Shown here piece by piece: positions 8,901-17,503 of a stretch of DNA of 64,000 nucleotides. The notes beneath the pieces are model-generated. The model made no database searches, was not told the DNA's origin, and worked only from the letters and a program-made list of their open reading frames with translations. Numbering within the stretch: the first letter of the stretch is position 1; each line of letters begins with the position of its first letter. Both the position numbers and the translations under genes were made by a program. Source of the DNA: an uncultured delta proteobacterium (GTDB lineage Bacteria; Desulfobacterota; RBG-13-43-22); the NCBI GenBank assembly GCA_963843145.1, contig CAWJJC010000027.1, positions 192,001 through 256,000 of the forward strand, read 5' to 3'.

Positions 8901-9549
8901 GACGAAAGGTGTTGTGACCCACTAAAATCTCACCGGGCCGCGCCAGCGTAGACAACCGGGATGCCAGATTAACCGTATCTCCGGTAATTCCAAGGATTCC
9001 CTTTCCCAATGTTACTTCACCGGTAACGACCAGTCCTGTATTGATCCCTGAATGCATGGCCAAACGCTTTCCGACCGTGTACTCAAATTGAGGACTAATG
9101 TCCTCGATCCGTTCATGTATTTCTCTCGCCGCTCGGATCGCTCTAACCGGATCATCCTCATGAACCTTGGGCACCCCAAAGAACGCTACCACCGCATCAC
9201 CGATAAATTTCTGAATAGTCCCCTCATATTTACTCACTGTATCGCTCATCTCACCGAAGATCCGGTTCATGATCTTTTTAACCTCTTCAGGATCCAACCG
9301 CTCAGACATGGCCGTATATCCGGAGAGATCAGAGAAAAGAACCGTCACCTGCTTTCGTTCCTCTTCGATGGCTGATTCTATCTGTCTGGCAGCTAATACA
9401 TCTAATTGCCGCCCGCACCTGCCGCAGAACTGAAATCCCTCGGGATTTACGAAATGGCAGGCAGGGCAAATCCCCTCCAATTTGGTACCACATTTTCCAC
9501 AAAAATCCAGGCCATCGGGGTTATGATATTGGCATTGGGGGCATTTCAT
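5965..9549 (-). CDS. Double zinc ribbon + class III adenylate/guanylate cyclase + STAND AAA ATPase + TPR protein
   Basis: CPQC..CGKC..CPAC..CGRC; VTVLFSDLSGYT, KFIGDAVVAFF, GDTVNLASRL; Walker A GEPGIGKS, Walker B YMEDFHW; helical TPR C-terminus. Confidence 0.93.
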   Translation of the reverse strand: MKCPQCQYHNPDGLDFCGKCGTKLEGICPACHFVNPEGFQFCGRCGRQLDVLAARQIESAIEEERKQVTVLFSDLSGYTAMSERLDPEEVKKIMNRIFGEMSDTVSKYEGTIQKFIGDAVVAFFGVPKVHEDDPVRAIRAAREIHERIEDISPQFEYTVGKRLAMHSGINTGLVVTGEVTLGKGILGITGDTVNLASRLSTLARPGEILVGHNTFRRADWLFDFEPLVPARVKGKTEPVKIYRVVGKKEKTRRSVGFDSPLVGREKEMDLLSLQVVRLINGQGGIITVIGEPGIGKSRLLAELRQTAAVKKTVFLEGRAISMGRSLSFYPIVDALKYWSQIRGKDTDAEAQWKLERAIRDIHPEEAGEIFPFIATLMGMKLNEKSAQRVLGIEGEALEKLIFRSMRELLIRGSEVRPMMIYMEDFHWVDTSSLELLKALFRLVEECRILFIIVFRPGYTDTGERIIAFIQENYATNWTKIELEPLKESESGQLLNNLLEIKSFPHLLREQILQRAGGNPFFIEEVVRSLIIERAVVQEKGEYRVTEKIEDIVIPQSIHALIMARIDRLDEGTKNLVRIASVIGRNFFYRILTAVAGHIEKVDSRLEALKEIQLIRERKRMEEVEYLFAHALTQEAVYESILIQRRKEIHQKVAQSIEKIFSERIHEFYGMLAYHYCRAESLEKAEEYLIKAGEEALRSAASDEALHYYEEALQLYLKKSGKNADPEKVAMLEKNIALALYNRGQHQEAIRHFDKTLDYYWGKLPKATVFELIKLSWAFSHFLVSLHLPFLKFKKTPTERDVEIVDLFSKKINSISLTNAKRFFIEYFYLFRFISSFDLRKFREGYGIFVMASALFAYSGISFALSKKALNALSDTVSRSDVTNYTMYEVCETVHHFLGGNWKALKDYDDDLVDKNCRIGEIYNASQYLFWHGLGTICQGSFDKARAIMDRLQNLYEVYGNSLSEVFKYEISTMLLIESGKLNDALIESEKGIAFGQKAHSNFWWGFHTFQAWIHIMMNAIDKAEECLEQADRIRVQTETAPFQISYCFKTHLEYNLYCLRESTKSGNREEMDKFQREAIKSIRSLGRVARKVAYHRTDSYRLTGAYYWTINDHKKALGWWHRAVQEGERLGARPQLARLYFEVGRCLLEEKAQYKKLDNIKGEAYLGKARAWYEEMKMETYLEEIDRLVEMRGF

Positions 9550-9606
9550 TCTCGGGCTCTCCTTCGATAGAGACCCCTTAATAAAATTTCGGAAGGTGGC
9601 GGTGGA

Positions 9607-9649
9607 AATACAAAAGCCTCCATCAGGGCCTTACCCCATTGGAGGCTTC
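9607..9649 (-). terminator. Intrinsic terminator-like hairpin in the 5' leader of the cyclase operon
   Basis: Minus strand GAAGCCTCCA-N17-TGGAGGCTTTTGTATTT: 9-10 bp stem followed by a T-rich tract. Confidence 0.5.
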
Positions 9650-9871
9650 GTCTCGGAATTTTTTGAAACTCCCACTTCATATCCCAATCCAAAAGTTCTT
9701 TAGAGTTAGGTTAGGAAGTACACGAATATATTCAACTGTAGGATAAAACCTTAATCATACTTTAGACAAAATGTCAATGGCATTCTAGGTAAGCGAAGGG
9801 AAGGTCCTAAGGCCGGATGACTGGATGCGGGCCGGATAAGCGGTCGGCGGCTCCCTTCTCGGACTCCGCAA

Positions 9872-11234
9872 TCAGAATCCAATTTTGCTGCTGATCGTTA
9901 CCACCCGTTCCCGAATTTCTTCCCAATCCAGCGTCAACAGCTTTCGCTGCCGCATCACCATTTGCCCGGCAATAAAAACCGTGTCTACATCCGCCCCGGA
10001 GGCCGCATAGACTAAGTGGGAAAAGGGATGGTAGAGGGGGGTCAAATGGGGTTGGTTTAGATTGATCAAAATCAAATCCGCCTGTTTGCCCACTTCCAAA
10101 GAACCGATTTCTTTTTCCAGCCCCAGGACCTTGGCCGCCTCGAGGGTGGCCATTTCCAGGACGGAATGGGCCTCCAACACGGTAGGGTCGAGGCGATGGA
10201 CCTTGTGCAGGCGAGCGGCGGTGCCCATTTCCCGGAAGAGATCCAGGTCATTATTGCCGGCACAGCCGTCCGTGCCCAACCCCACGACTATCCCTCGGGC
10301 CAGCAGTTCCACAACCGGGGTGACCCCCGCCCCCAGCTTCATATTGCTTTCCGGGCAATGGCTAACACGTGTCCCCGCTTCGGCCAGGAGTGCCATTTCC
10401 TCCAGATCCGGATAATTCACATGGACCCCGATAGTGGAATCATCCAGACAACCCAACCTATGCAAATAACGAACCGGGGTCAGACCGGTTTGACCCTGGA
10501 CCAGGGCCACCTCCTCCCGGGTTTCCGCCAGGTGAATAAATAAAGGAATCGCCTTTTCCAGGGCCAGGGCCTTGGCCTTTTCCAGGGTCTTCGCGGAGCA
10601 GGTGTAAGGAGAATGGGGGAACAACCCCAGTCGGATCCCGAGGAGATTGTCCGGACCATTTTTCGATGAAATCCCGGGCCGAACGGATATTGTCGGCCGG
10701 GTCCGGGACACCCGGGGCCGGAAAATCAATCACCCCCGGGGCCAGGACAGCCCGCATGCCGGACTGATAAATCGCTCGGGCGGCGCCATCCAGGCAAAAA
10801 TAGCCGTCGGCCAGGGTGGTGGTCCCGGAGCGGATCATTTCAGCGCAGGCCAGGAGGCTTCCCCAGTAAACCGTCTCCGGGTTGATAAACCGGGCCTCCG
10901 CGGGGAAGATGTGCTTTTCCAGCCAGTCCTTCAGGGGCAGGTCGTCGGCCAGACCCCGGAAAAGGGTCATGGCCGAATGGGTGTGGGTATTGATCAGCCC
11001 CGGCAGGACCAGGAACCCCCGGCCGTCAATCACTTCCCGGGCCGTCCAGAGCTCCGGACAACGGGCGCCGAGATACGTAATCCGGCTGTCTTTGATGCCT
11101 ATGGAGCCGGTCGGAATCGGGTCGGGATGAGCCGGGGACAGGGTTAGGATCAGTCCGTCCTTGATCAAAAAATCAAAATCCTCCTCGACAGGCCCTTGTT
11201 GCGAGGGTAGTTTCGAATTTTGATATTTGGTCAT
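9872..11234 (-). CDS. Amidohydrolase, MTA/SAH deaminase (MtaD)-like, paralog 2; +1 frameshift near 10638
   Basis: PGLINTHTH, FPHSPYTC, IHLAET, HCPESNMKL, GLGTDG motifs spread over ORFs 10458..11234 and 9872..10729. Removing one G from CGGGATC restores SPRIRLGLFPH. Confidence 0.85.
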
Positions 11235-11270
11235 TTGAATTTGTTTCGGATTTCGAGTTTCGGATTTGAA
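11210..11270. repeat. Heptamer-periodic intergenic repeat (TTTCGGA family), copy 1
   Basis: GTTTCGAATTTTGATATTTGGTCATTTGAATTTGTTTCGGATTTCGAGTTTCGGATTTG matches 27256-27321 and the reverse complement of 36981-37046. Confidence 0.8.
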
Positions 11271-11292
11271 ACTGCCCGGTCGTCCCGGCTTA

Positions 11293-12636
11293 CTAATTTA
11301 GCCGGGCCAGCCGCAAAGACTCGGCGAAACGATTCGCCCGGGATAAAATTTCTTTAAGATCCAGGGTCAACAGCTCCCGGTTCTTCATCACCGTTCGGCC
11401 ATTGATGATCACCCGGGTGACATCGGCGCCCCGAGCCGCGTAGACTAGATGGGAATAGATGTTATAAAGTGGTGTCAGGTGCGGTTGATCCAGGTCCAAG
11501 AGTATAATATCGGCCTTTTTTTCGGCCTCCAGGGACCCCACCCGGGATTCCAGCCCCAGCACCCGGGCACCGCCGCGGGTAGCCATCCGGAACACGGTGC
11601 GGGCATCCATGACAGTGGGATCCAGACGATGGACCTTATGCAGTTTGGCCGCCGAATCCATTTCCTGAAACAAGTCCAAATTGTTGTTGCTGGCGCAGCC
11701 GTCGGTCCCCAGGCCGACGCAAACCCCCCGGCGTAACAGCTCTACCACCGGGGCCACCCCGGAGGCCAGTTTCATATTACTTTCCGGGCAATGGACCACC
11801 TTGACCCCCGCGGCCGCCAGGGTTTTCTGGTCGGCTTCCGGGAGCACCACGCAGTGAACGGCGATTAGATGCGCGTCGAGCAACCCCAATCGGGCCAGGT
11901 GCTGGGTCGGCGAGACCCCGTATTGTTTCAAAATCTGATCTGCTTCGGTTTGGGTTTCCGCCAGGTGGATGATCAGGGGAACCCCGGTTTCAGCCGACAA
12001 CCTTTTGGCCTGGAGGAGCAACTCCGGGCCGCAGGTGAACGGGGTGTGGGGTTCAACGGCCACAGAAATCAGGGGGTCATCCCGGTATTTCCGGATCAAC
12101 TCACGAGTATATTCAAACCCCTTTTCCAGGGGCCCGTAATTGGGGGAGGGAAAATCGTAAAGCACTTCTCCCACCAAAGCCCGCAGGCCGGCCTCCTGGG
12201 CGGCCCGAGCCACCTGGCCCTCGAAAAGGTACATGTCGCAGAAGGTGGTGGTACCGGACAAGATCATCTCCGCGCAAGCCAGCAAGGTCCCCCAATAGAC
12301 CCATTCCCCGGTCAGGCGGCGTTCCGCCGGAAAGATATGGTTTTCCAGCCAATCCATCAGCGGCAGGTCGTCGGCCAAGCCGCGCAGCAAGGTCATGGCC
12401 GCATGGGTATGGCTATTGATCAAACCGGGCAAAACGGCCCCTCCGCGGGCATCAACGACTTCCTTGGCCTTTAAGGCCAACGGCGCCAGCTCTTGTTCCG
12501 GTCCTACGGCCAAGATAGAATCTCCGCTAATCGCCAGGGCCCCGGGATGAAAAATATTCAGCCGGTCATCCATGGTGACTACCAGGCCGTTTTTTATGAA
12601 TAGATCAATGGGTTTTTCTGATATCCGAACGCTCAT
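11293..12636 (-). CDS. mtaD: Amidohydrolase, MTA/SAH deaminase (MtaD)-like, paralog 1
   Basis: PGLINSHTHAAMTLLRGLADDLPL, EPHTPFT, IHLAET, HCPESNMKLASG, GTDGCASNN; adjacent to PNP. Confidence 0.85.
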   Translation of the reverse strand: MSVRISEKPIDLFIKNGLVVTMDDRLNIFHPGALAISGDSILAVGPEQELAPLALKAKEVVDARGGAVLPGLINSHTHAAMTLLRGLADDLPLMDWLENHIFPAERRLTGEWVYWGTLLACAEMILSGTTTFCDMYLFEGQVARAAQEAGLRALVGEVLYDFPSPNYGPLEKGFEYTRELIRKYRDDPLISVAVEPHTPFTCGPELLLQAKRLSAETGVPLIIHLAETQTEADQILKQYGVSPTQHLARLGLLDAHLIAVHCVVLPEADQKTLAAAGVKVVHCPESNMKLASGVAPVVELLRRGVCVGLGTDGCASNNNLDLFQEMDSAAKLHKVHRLDPTVMDARTVFRMATRGGARVLGLESRVGSLEAEKKADIILLDLDQPHLTPLYNIYSHLVYAARGADVTRVIINGRTVMKNRELLTLDLKEILSRANRFAESLRLARLN

Positions 12637-12721
12637 CCTCCCCTATTCCTCTAAAAATTGAAATCTCAAAATGAAATTGAGGCACGCGGGTCTCTGGCAA
12701 AATAATTTAAATATTCTTTGG

Positions 12722-13576
12722 TTAGCTTTTAATTTTCCTCCCGCCCTTCAGCTCCTGCGGGGTCAATTTGGAAACCACCCCTTCGACCAGGGCCATCAAT
12801 CGGGGTTCGGCTTTTCGCGCCGTGGCAATAATGGCCTTCAGCGAAGCGGGCTCCTGGCAGTCCGGTCGGTTGACGTTGGAAATGACCGATATTCCCAGAA
12901 TTCGCAGACGGCACTGCACCGCGGTAATAACTTCCAGGACGGTGGACATGCCCACGGCTTGGGCCCCCATCTGTCTGAGCATTCGCGTTTCCGCCGGCGT
13001 CTCCAGGCTGGGTCCCTTGACCGCTACGTAGACCCCCCGGCGAAGCGGGATTTGTTTCTGCAGAGCCACTTTTTCGGCCAGGTCCGTCAAGCGGCGGTCA
13101 TAAACGGCGGAGAGGTCGGGAAAACGGTCTCCCCAATACTCCTGGTGGGAACCTACCAGAGGATTCTCTCCGGTAAGATTGATGTGATCCATGATCAGCA
13201 TCAGATCCCCGGACTCGAACCCGGGGTCCAGACCCCCGGCGGCATTGGAAACGATCAGGACCTTCACGCCTAATCCGGCCAGTACCCGAATAGGGAAACC
13301 GATCTCCTGGGGCGCATAGCCTTCATAGAGATGGAACCGGCCCTGAAGGGCGACTACCGGTTTACCGGCCAGGGTCCCCCAAACCAACTGGCCCTGATGG
13401 GACTCCACGGTGGAATGGGGGAAATAGGGTATTTGCTCATAGGGGATGGACCGGGCCTTTTTGATCCCGCCAGCCGACTCACCCAGACCGGTGCCCAGGA
13501 TAAGTCCGATGGGGGCCACGCCACCCATTTTCTTCTTCAAGTAGGAGACTGTTTTTAGAAATCGTTCTTTGTTCAT
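12722..13576 (-). CDS. punA: Purine-nucleoside phosphorylase (trimeric PNP I family)
   Basis: LILGTGLG, QGRFHLYEGY, SNAAGG, DHINL, GPSLETPAE, AVGMST. Likely start MNKERF at 13576. Confidence 0.9.
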   Translation of the reverse strand: MNKERFLKTVSYLKKKMGGVAPIGLILGTGLGESAGGIKKARSIPYEQIPYFPHSTVESHQGQLVWGTLAGKPVVALQGRFHLYEGYAPQEIGFPIRVLAGLGVKVLIVSNAAGGLDPGFESGDLMLIMDHINLTGENPLVGSHQEYWGDRFPDLSAVYDRRLTDLAEKVALQKQIPLRRGVYVAVKGPSLETPAETRMLRQMGAQAVGMSTVLEVITAVQCRLRILGISVISNVNRPDCQEPASLKAIIATARKAEPRLMALVEGVVSKLTPQELKGGRKIKS

Positions 13577-13862
13577 AGTTTCCTTTCCTTTGAGGCTTAG
13601 CTGAGGCCTGGATTCTGGATCGCGCTTCGCTTGTCCGGAATAACGAGCTGACGCGACTCGTTTAAAGCCTATTTTCATGCTTAGCGGGTGCTCTCTGGAG
13701 CCGGTGGGTTTAATACGAAAATCCTCCCTCTTGACGGCACCAGTTGCAGAATAATGATTTATGCTTTAATATACTAAAAAAAATTGTTGAACAAGAAATT
13801 TTATCCCAACGAACCTCCCTTTCCCCTGGCAAGGGAGGGTTGAATTTTAGGGGGATTTTTCC

Positions 13863-14774
13863 ATGGATCGAAGAGCTTTTTTGAAAGAGGTCGCCCTGTG
13901 GTCGGCCGGGTTGACCCTCGTTCCGCCTCTGGTGACGATGAAACCGGAAGCCCGAGCCGAAGGGAACAAATCTTTGGTGATAGTCGGAGAAGGTTCGGAT
14001 TATCCCGCCCTGGTATCTAAGGTGCTAGCCCCGCTGGGGGGGATGACCGCCCTGGTCAAGAAAGGGGACCGAGTGGTGGTCAAGCCCAATATCGGTTGGG
14101 ATCGCACCCCGGAACAGGCCGCCAATACCCACCCGGAGGTGGTCAAGGCCCTGGTCAAACAGGCCCTGGAGGCGGGGGCCGGCCAAGTGCTGGTCTTTGA
14201 CCGGACCTGCAACGAGGAGCGACGCTGTTACGTCAACAGCGGGATCAAAAAAGCCGTGGAGTCCCTCGGGGACCGTCGGGTGTCCTGTCCTTTTATCGAT
14301 CAGCGGAAATTTGTTCCGGTCCGTTTGGCTAAAGGTAAATCCCTCCAGGAATGGGAATTTTACAAAGACGCCCTCGAGGCCGACTGCTATATCAACGTAC
14401 CGGTGGCCAAACATCACTCCTCGGCCGGTCTCAGCCTGGGTCTGAAGAACATCATGGGGGTCCTCGGCGGTTCTCGCGGCAAAATCCACTTTTCTTTGGG
14501 ACAGCGGATCGCCGATCTGAATCTGGTGATCAAACCTCGGGTTACAGTCATCGACGCTACCCGGATCCTGCTGCGCAACGGTCCGCAGGGAGGGGATCTG
14601 CGGGATGTCAAAGTGCTTAATACCCTGCTGGCCTCCACCGACATCGTGGCTGTTGACGCCTATGCCGCCACTTTTTTTCAATTAAAACCCGAAGAGGTGG
14701 AATCGACCCGGGCGGCCTTTCAATTGGGTCTGGGAGAAATTGACCTGAAGAAGATAAAGATCCTTAAAGTCTGA
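13863..14774 (+). CDS. DUF362 domain protein with Tat signal
   Basis: MDRRAFLK twin-Arg motif; VVVKPNIGW, NTHPEVV, INVPVAKHH, LGLKNIMG. Confidence 0.88.
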   Translation: MDRRAFLKEVALWSAGLTLVPPLVTMKPEARAEGNKSLVIVGEGSDYPALVSKVLAPLGGMTALVKKGDRVVVKPNIGWDRTPEQAANTHPEVVKALVKQALEAGAGQVLVFDRTCNEERRCYVNSGIKKAVESLGDRRVSCPFIDQRKFVPVRLAKGKSLQEWEFYKDALEADCYINVPVAKHHSSAGLSLGLKNIMGVLGGSRGKIHFSLGQRIADLNLVIKPRVTVIDATRILLRNGPQGGDLRDVKVLNTLLASTDIVAVDAYAATFFQLKPEEVESTRAAFQLGLGEIDLKKIKILKV

Positions 14775-14804
14775 ACGAGTCGATTTCGTGCTTTGATTTT
14801 ATAG

Positions 14805-16352
14805 GTGCTCATGGCTTCCAATAAAGTTTCCGCTTGGCGTTGGGGAAGGAGGCTTTCCCAGGGTTTTTTTCTGGTCCTCTTCCTGCTGCTCTTTCGCCTG
14901 ACCGATTACGGCGGCCGGGATGAAATTCCTTACGCCGTAAATATTTTTTTCCGTCTGGATCCTCTGGTGGCCGCCAGCGCTATATTGGCCTCCCGAGTGG
15001 TCATCACCCTGGTCTGGTATTCCCTGATCGTGGTAGTCCTGACCCTGATTCTGGGTCGGGTTTTCTGCGGCTGGTTCTGTCCCTTGGGCACCCTGCTCGA
15101 TCTGTCCCATCAGCTCATCCCTCCCCGGAAGGATGTCCGGCCAAACCGCTACCGCACCTGGAAATATCTTCTCCTGGGTATCATTCTGCTGACCGCCCTG
15201 CTGGGCTTACCGTTGGTGGGTTACTTTGACCCCTTTTCCATCCTGGTGCGGAGTTTGACGGTCTCGGTGGATCCCTTTTTTAATCGGTTCATCACCGCCC
15301 CGTTCGACTTCTTGTACCGTTACGGCCCTTCCTGGGTTTCGGCCATCAGCGAACCGATTTACGGTGTGGTCAAAAAAACCCTTCTGCCCTATCAGCAGAA
15401 AGTGTTTACCCTCAGCCTGGTGTCCCTCCTCATTCTCCTGACGGTCTTTGGCCTGGAGCGTCTGGGGCGCCGTTTCTGGTGCCGCAATCTCTGCCCGCTG
15501 GGGGGGCTGCTGGCGTTGCTTTCTCGGTTCTCCTGGCTGCGGGGACGCCACGATGAAACCGCCTGCACCCAGTGCGGTCTGTGCGCCAAAGTCTGCCGCC
15601 TCGGGGCCGTCGATGCGGACCGCCGTATCTCCCCCGCGGACTGCAACCTCTGCCTGGATTGCCAGGATCTTTGCCCGGAGCAGATCATCGGCTTTACTTT
15701 TAAAAAACCGGACACCCCGCAGCCGGCGCTCGGAATTTCCCGCCGGGCCTTCGCCGGGATGCTGGCTTCGGGTCTGGTGCTCCCGGCTTATTCCCAAATC
15801 GGGGCACAAACCCGGGTGGTCAACCCGGAATTAATCAGACCGCCGGGTTCCCTGGAGGAGAAACGATTCCTGGAGCGCTGTGTGCGCTGCGGGGAGTGTC
15901 TAAAGGTCTGCCCTTTGAACGCCTTGCACCCCATCGGTCTGGAATCCGGCTGGGGCGGTATCTTCACCCCCCGACTGATCCCCCGGATCGGCTATTGCGA
16001 GTTCAATTGCACCCTCTGCGGCCAGGTCTGCCCCACCGGGGCGATCGAGCATTTGGATCTCCCCCGAAAACAGAAAACCGTCATCGGTCTGGCCCATTTT
16101 GACAAAAACCGTTGTCTGCCTTATGCCCGCGGCGTCGCTTGTATCGTTTGCGAGGAGCATTGCCCCACACCGGACAAGGCCATCAAATTTAGGGAAGCTG
16201 AGGTACTCGATCAAAACGGCCGTCTGGTCCGGATGAAACAGCCTTACGTCATCGATCGCCTTTGTATCGGGTGCGGGATCTGCGAAAACAAATGCCCTCT
16301 GGAGGGAAAGGCGGCTGTGTTGGTAAACCGAGGTTCAATGACCGGAGCGTAA
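14805..16352 (+). CDS. Membrane polyferredoxin (NapH/MauN-like fused to MauM/NapG-like 4Fe-4S domain)
   Basis: GRVFCGWFCPLG, RRFWCRNLCPLG, several CxxCxxCxxxCP motifs, IRPPG. Confidence 0.88.
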   Translation: MLMASNKVSAWRWGRRLSQGFFLVLFLLLFRLTDYGGRDEIPYAVNIFFRLDPLVAASAILASRVVITLVWYSLIVVVLTLILGRVFCGWFCPLGTLLDLSHQLIPPRKDVRPNRYRTWKYLLLGIILLTALLGLPLVGYFDPFSILVRSLTVSVDPFFNRFITAPFDFLYRYGPSWVSAISEPIYGVVKKTLLPYQQKVFTLSLVSLLILLTVFGLERLGRRFWCRNLCPLGGLLALLSRFSWLRGRHDETACTQCGLCAKVCRLGAVDADRRISPADCNLCLDCQDLCPEQIIGFTFKKPDTPQPALGISRRAFAGMLASGLVLPAYSQIGAQTRVVNPELIRPPGSLEEKRFLERCVRCGECLKVCPLNALHPIGLESGWGGIFTPRLIPRIGYCEFNCTLCGQVCPTGAIEHLDLPRKQKTVIGLAHFDKNRCLPYARGVACIVCEEHCPTPDKAIKFREAEVLDQNGRLVRMKQPYVIDRLCIGCGICENKCPLEGKAAVLVNRGSMTGA

Positions 16353-16390
16353 ACGGTCTAAGAATTTAGCTCCAATTCAAGGCAGAGGAC

Positions 16391-17498
16391 CTATGAATTC
16401 GGATTTTTCTTTTTCTTGGTCCGGAGCCACAAAAAAGCTTCAATAAAGGGATCAATATTTCCGTTTAAGACACTGTCCACATTTCCTATTTCCAATTGAG
16501 TTCGGTGATCTTTCACCAGTCGGTAAGGAGCTAAGGTGTATGAACGGATTTGGCTCCCCCAAGAAATCTCCGATTGCCCTTCGTGGAGTTCTCGCTTTTT
16601 TTCTTCTTTTTTCTGCAACTCCAATTCGTAGAGGCGTGATTTCAACACCTTAAAGGCCATATCCTTGTTCCGGTGCTGAGACTTTTCGTTCTGGCATTGG
16701 ACGACGATCCCGGTGGGAAAATGGGTCAGCCGAATTGCCGAACTGGTTTTATTGACGTGCTGACCGCCGGCGCCGCTGGCTCGAAAAGTATCCACCCGCA
16801 CATCCGCCTCATTGACTTCAATATCGAGGTCCTCTTCCACTTCGGGATAAACAAAAACGGAGGCAAAGGAGGTGTGCCGCCGTCCTCCGGCATCGAAGGG
16901 AGAGATTCGGACCAGTCGGTGAATCCCGGTTTCAGAGTGAAGATACCCGTAGGCGTATTTCCCTTCCACGGTAAAGGTCACGCTTTTGGTGCCGGCCTCA
17001 TCCCCGGGAAGCATATCGATCACTTCGGTCTTGTAGTTCCGCGTTTCCGCCCAGCGCAGATACATGCGTAAAAGCATTTCGGCCCAATCCTGGGCCTCGG
17101 TACCGCCGGCCCCGGCATGAATGGCCACAATGGCATTGTTGATGTCGGTTTCCCCGGAAAGTAGCTTAGTAAACTCCATCTGCGAAAGCTTTTTTTCGAG
17201 GGCCCCCAGCTTCTCCCGGACCTCGGCGAGCGTCTCGCTATCCGCCTCTTCCTGGGCCAGATCAAGGAGGATATCCGTTTCCTCCAATTGGTCCCGAGTC
17301 TCCTCCCATTCGCCGAGGGCGTTGAGGATTTTTCCCCGCTCCTTCAATAAAACCCGGGCTTGCTCGGGCTGGTTCCAGAATTGGTCTTGGGCGATCGCCT
17401 TTTCTAAGACTTGTAAACGGGCCTGTTTCCCTTCCAGGTCAAAGATATTCTCCCAATTTAAATAATCGGTCTTTGGCCTGATCTATTTCTTCGCGCAT
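16391..17498 (-). CDS. prfB: Peptide chain release factor 2 with programmed +1 frameshift
   Basis: SPF and GGQ motifs. ORF1 ATG CGC GAA...TAT CTT TGA C with the slippery site at 17438-17444 and an upstream purine-rich SD-like GGGAGA; the +1 frame continues DLEGKQARLQ...FWNQPEQA. Confidence 0.96.
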
Positions 17499-17503
17499 AC
17501 TCT

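Noticed and set aside
13577-13678. N-terminal extension of PNP in the ORF track
   Set aside because: It runs through a REP-like palindrome; an AAGGA RBS precedes the ATG at 13576.
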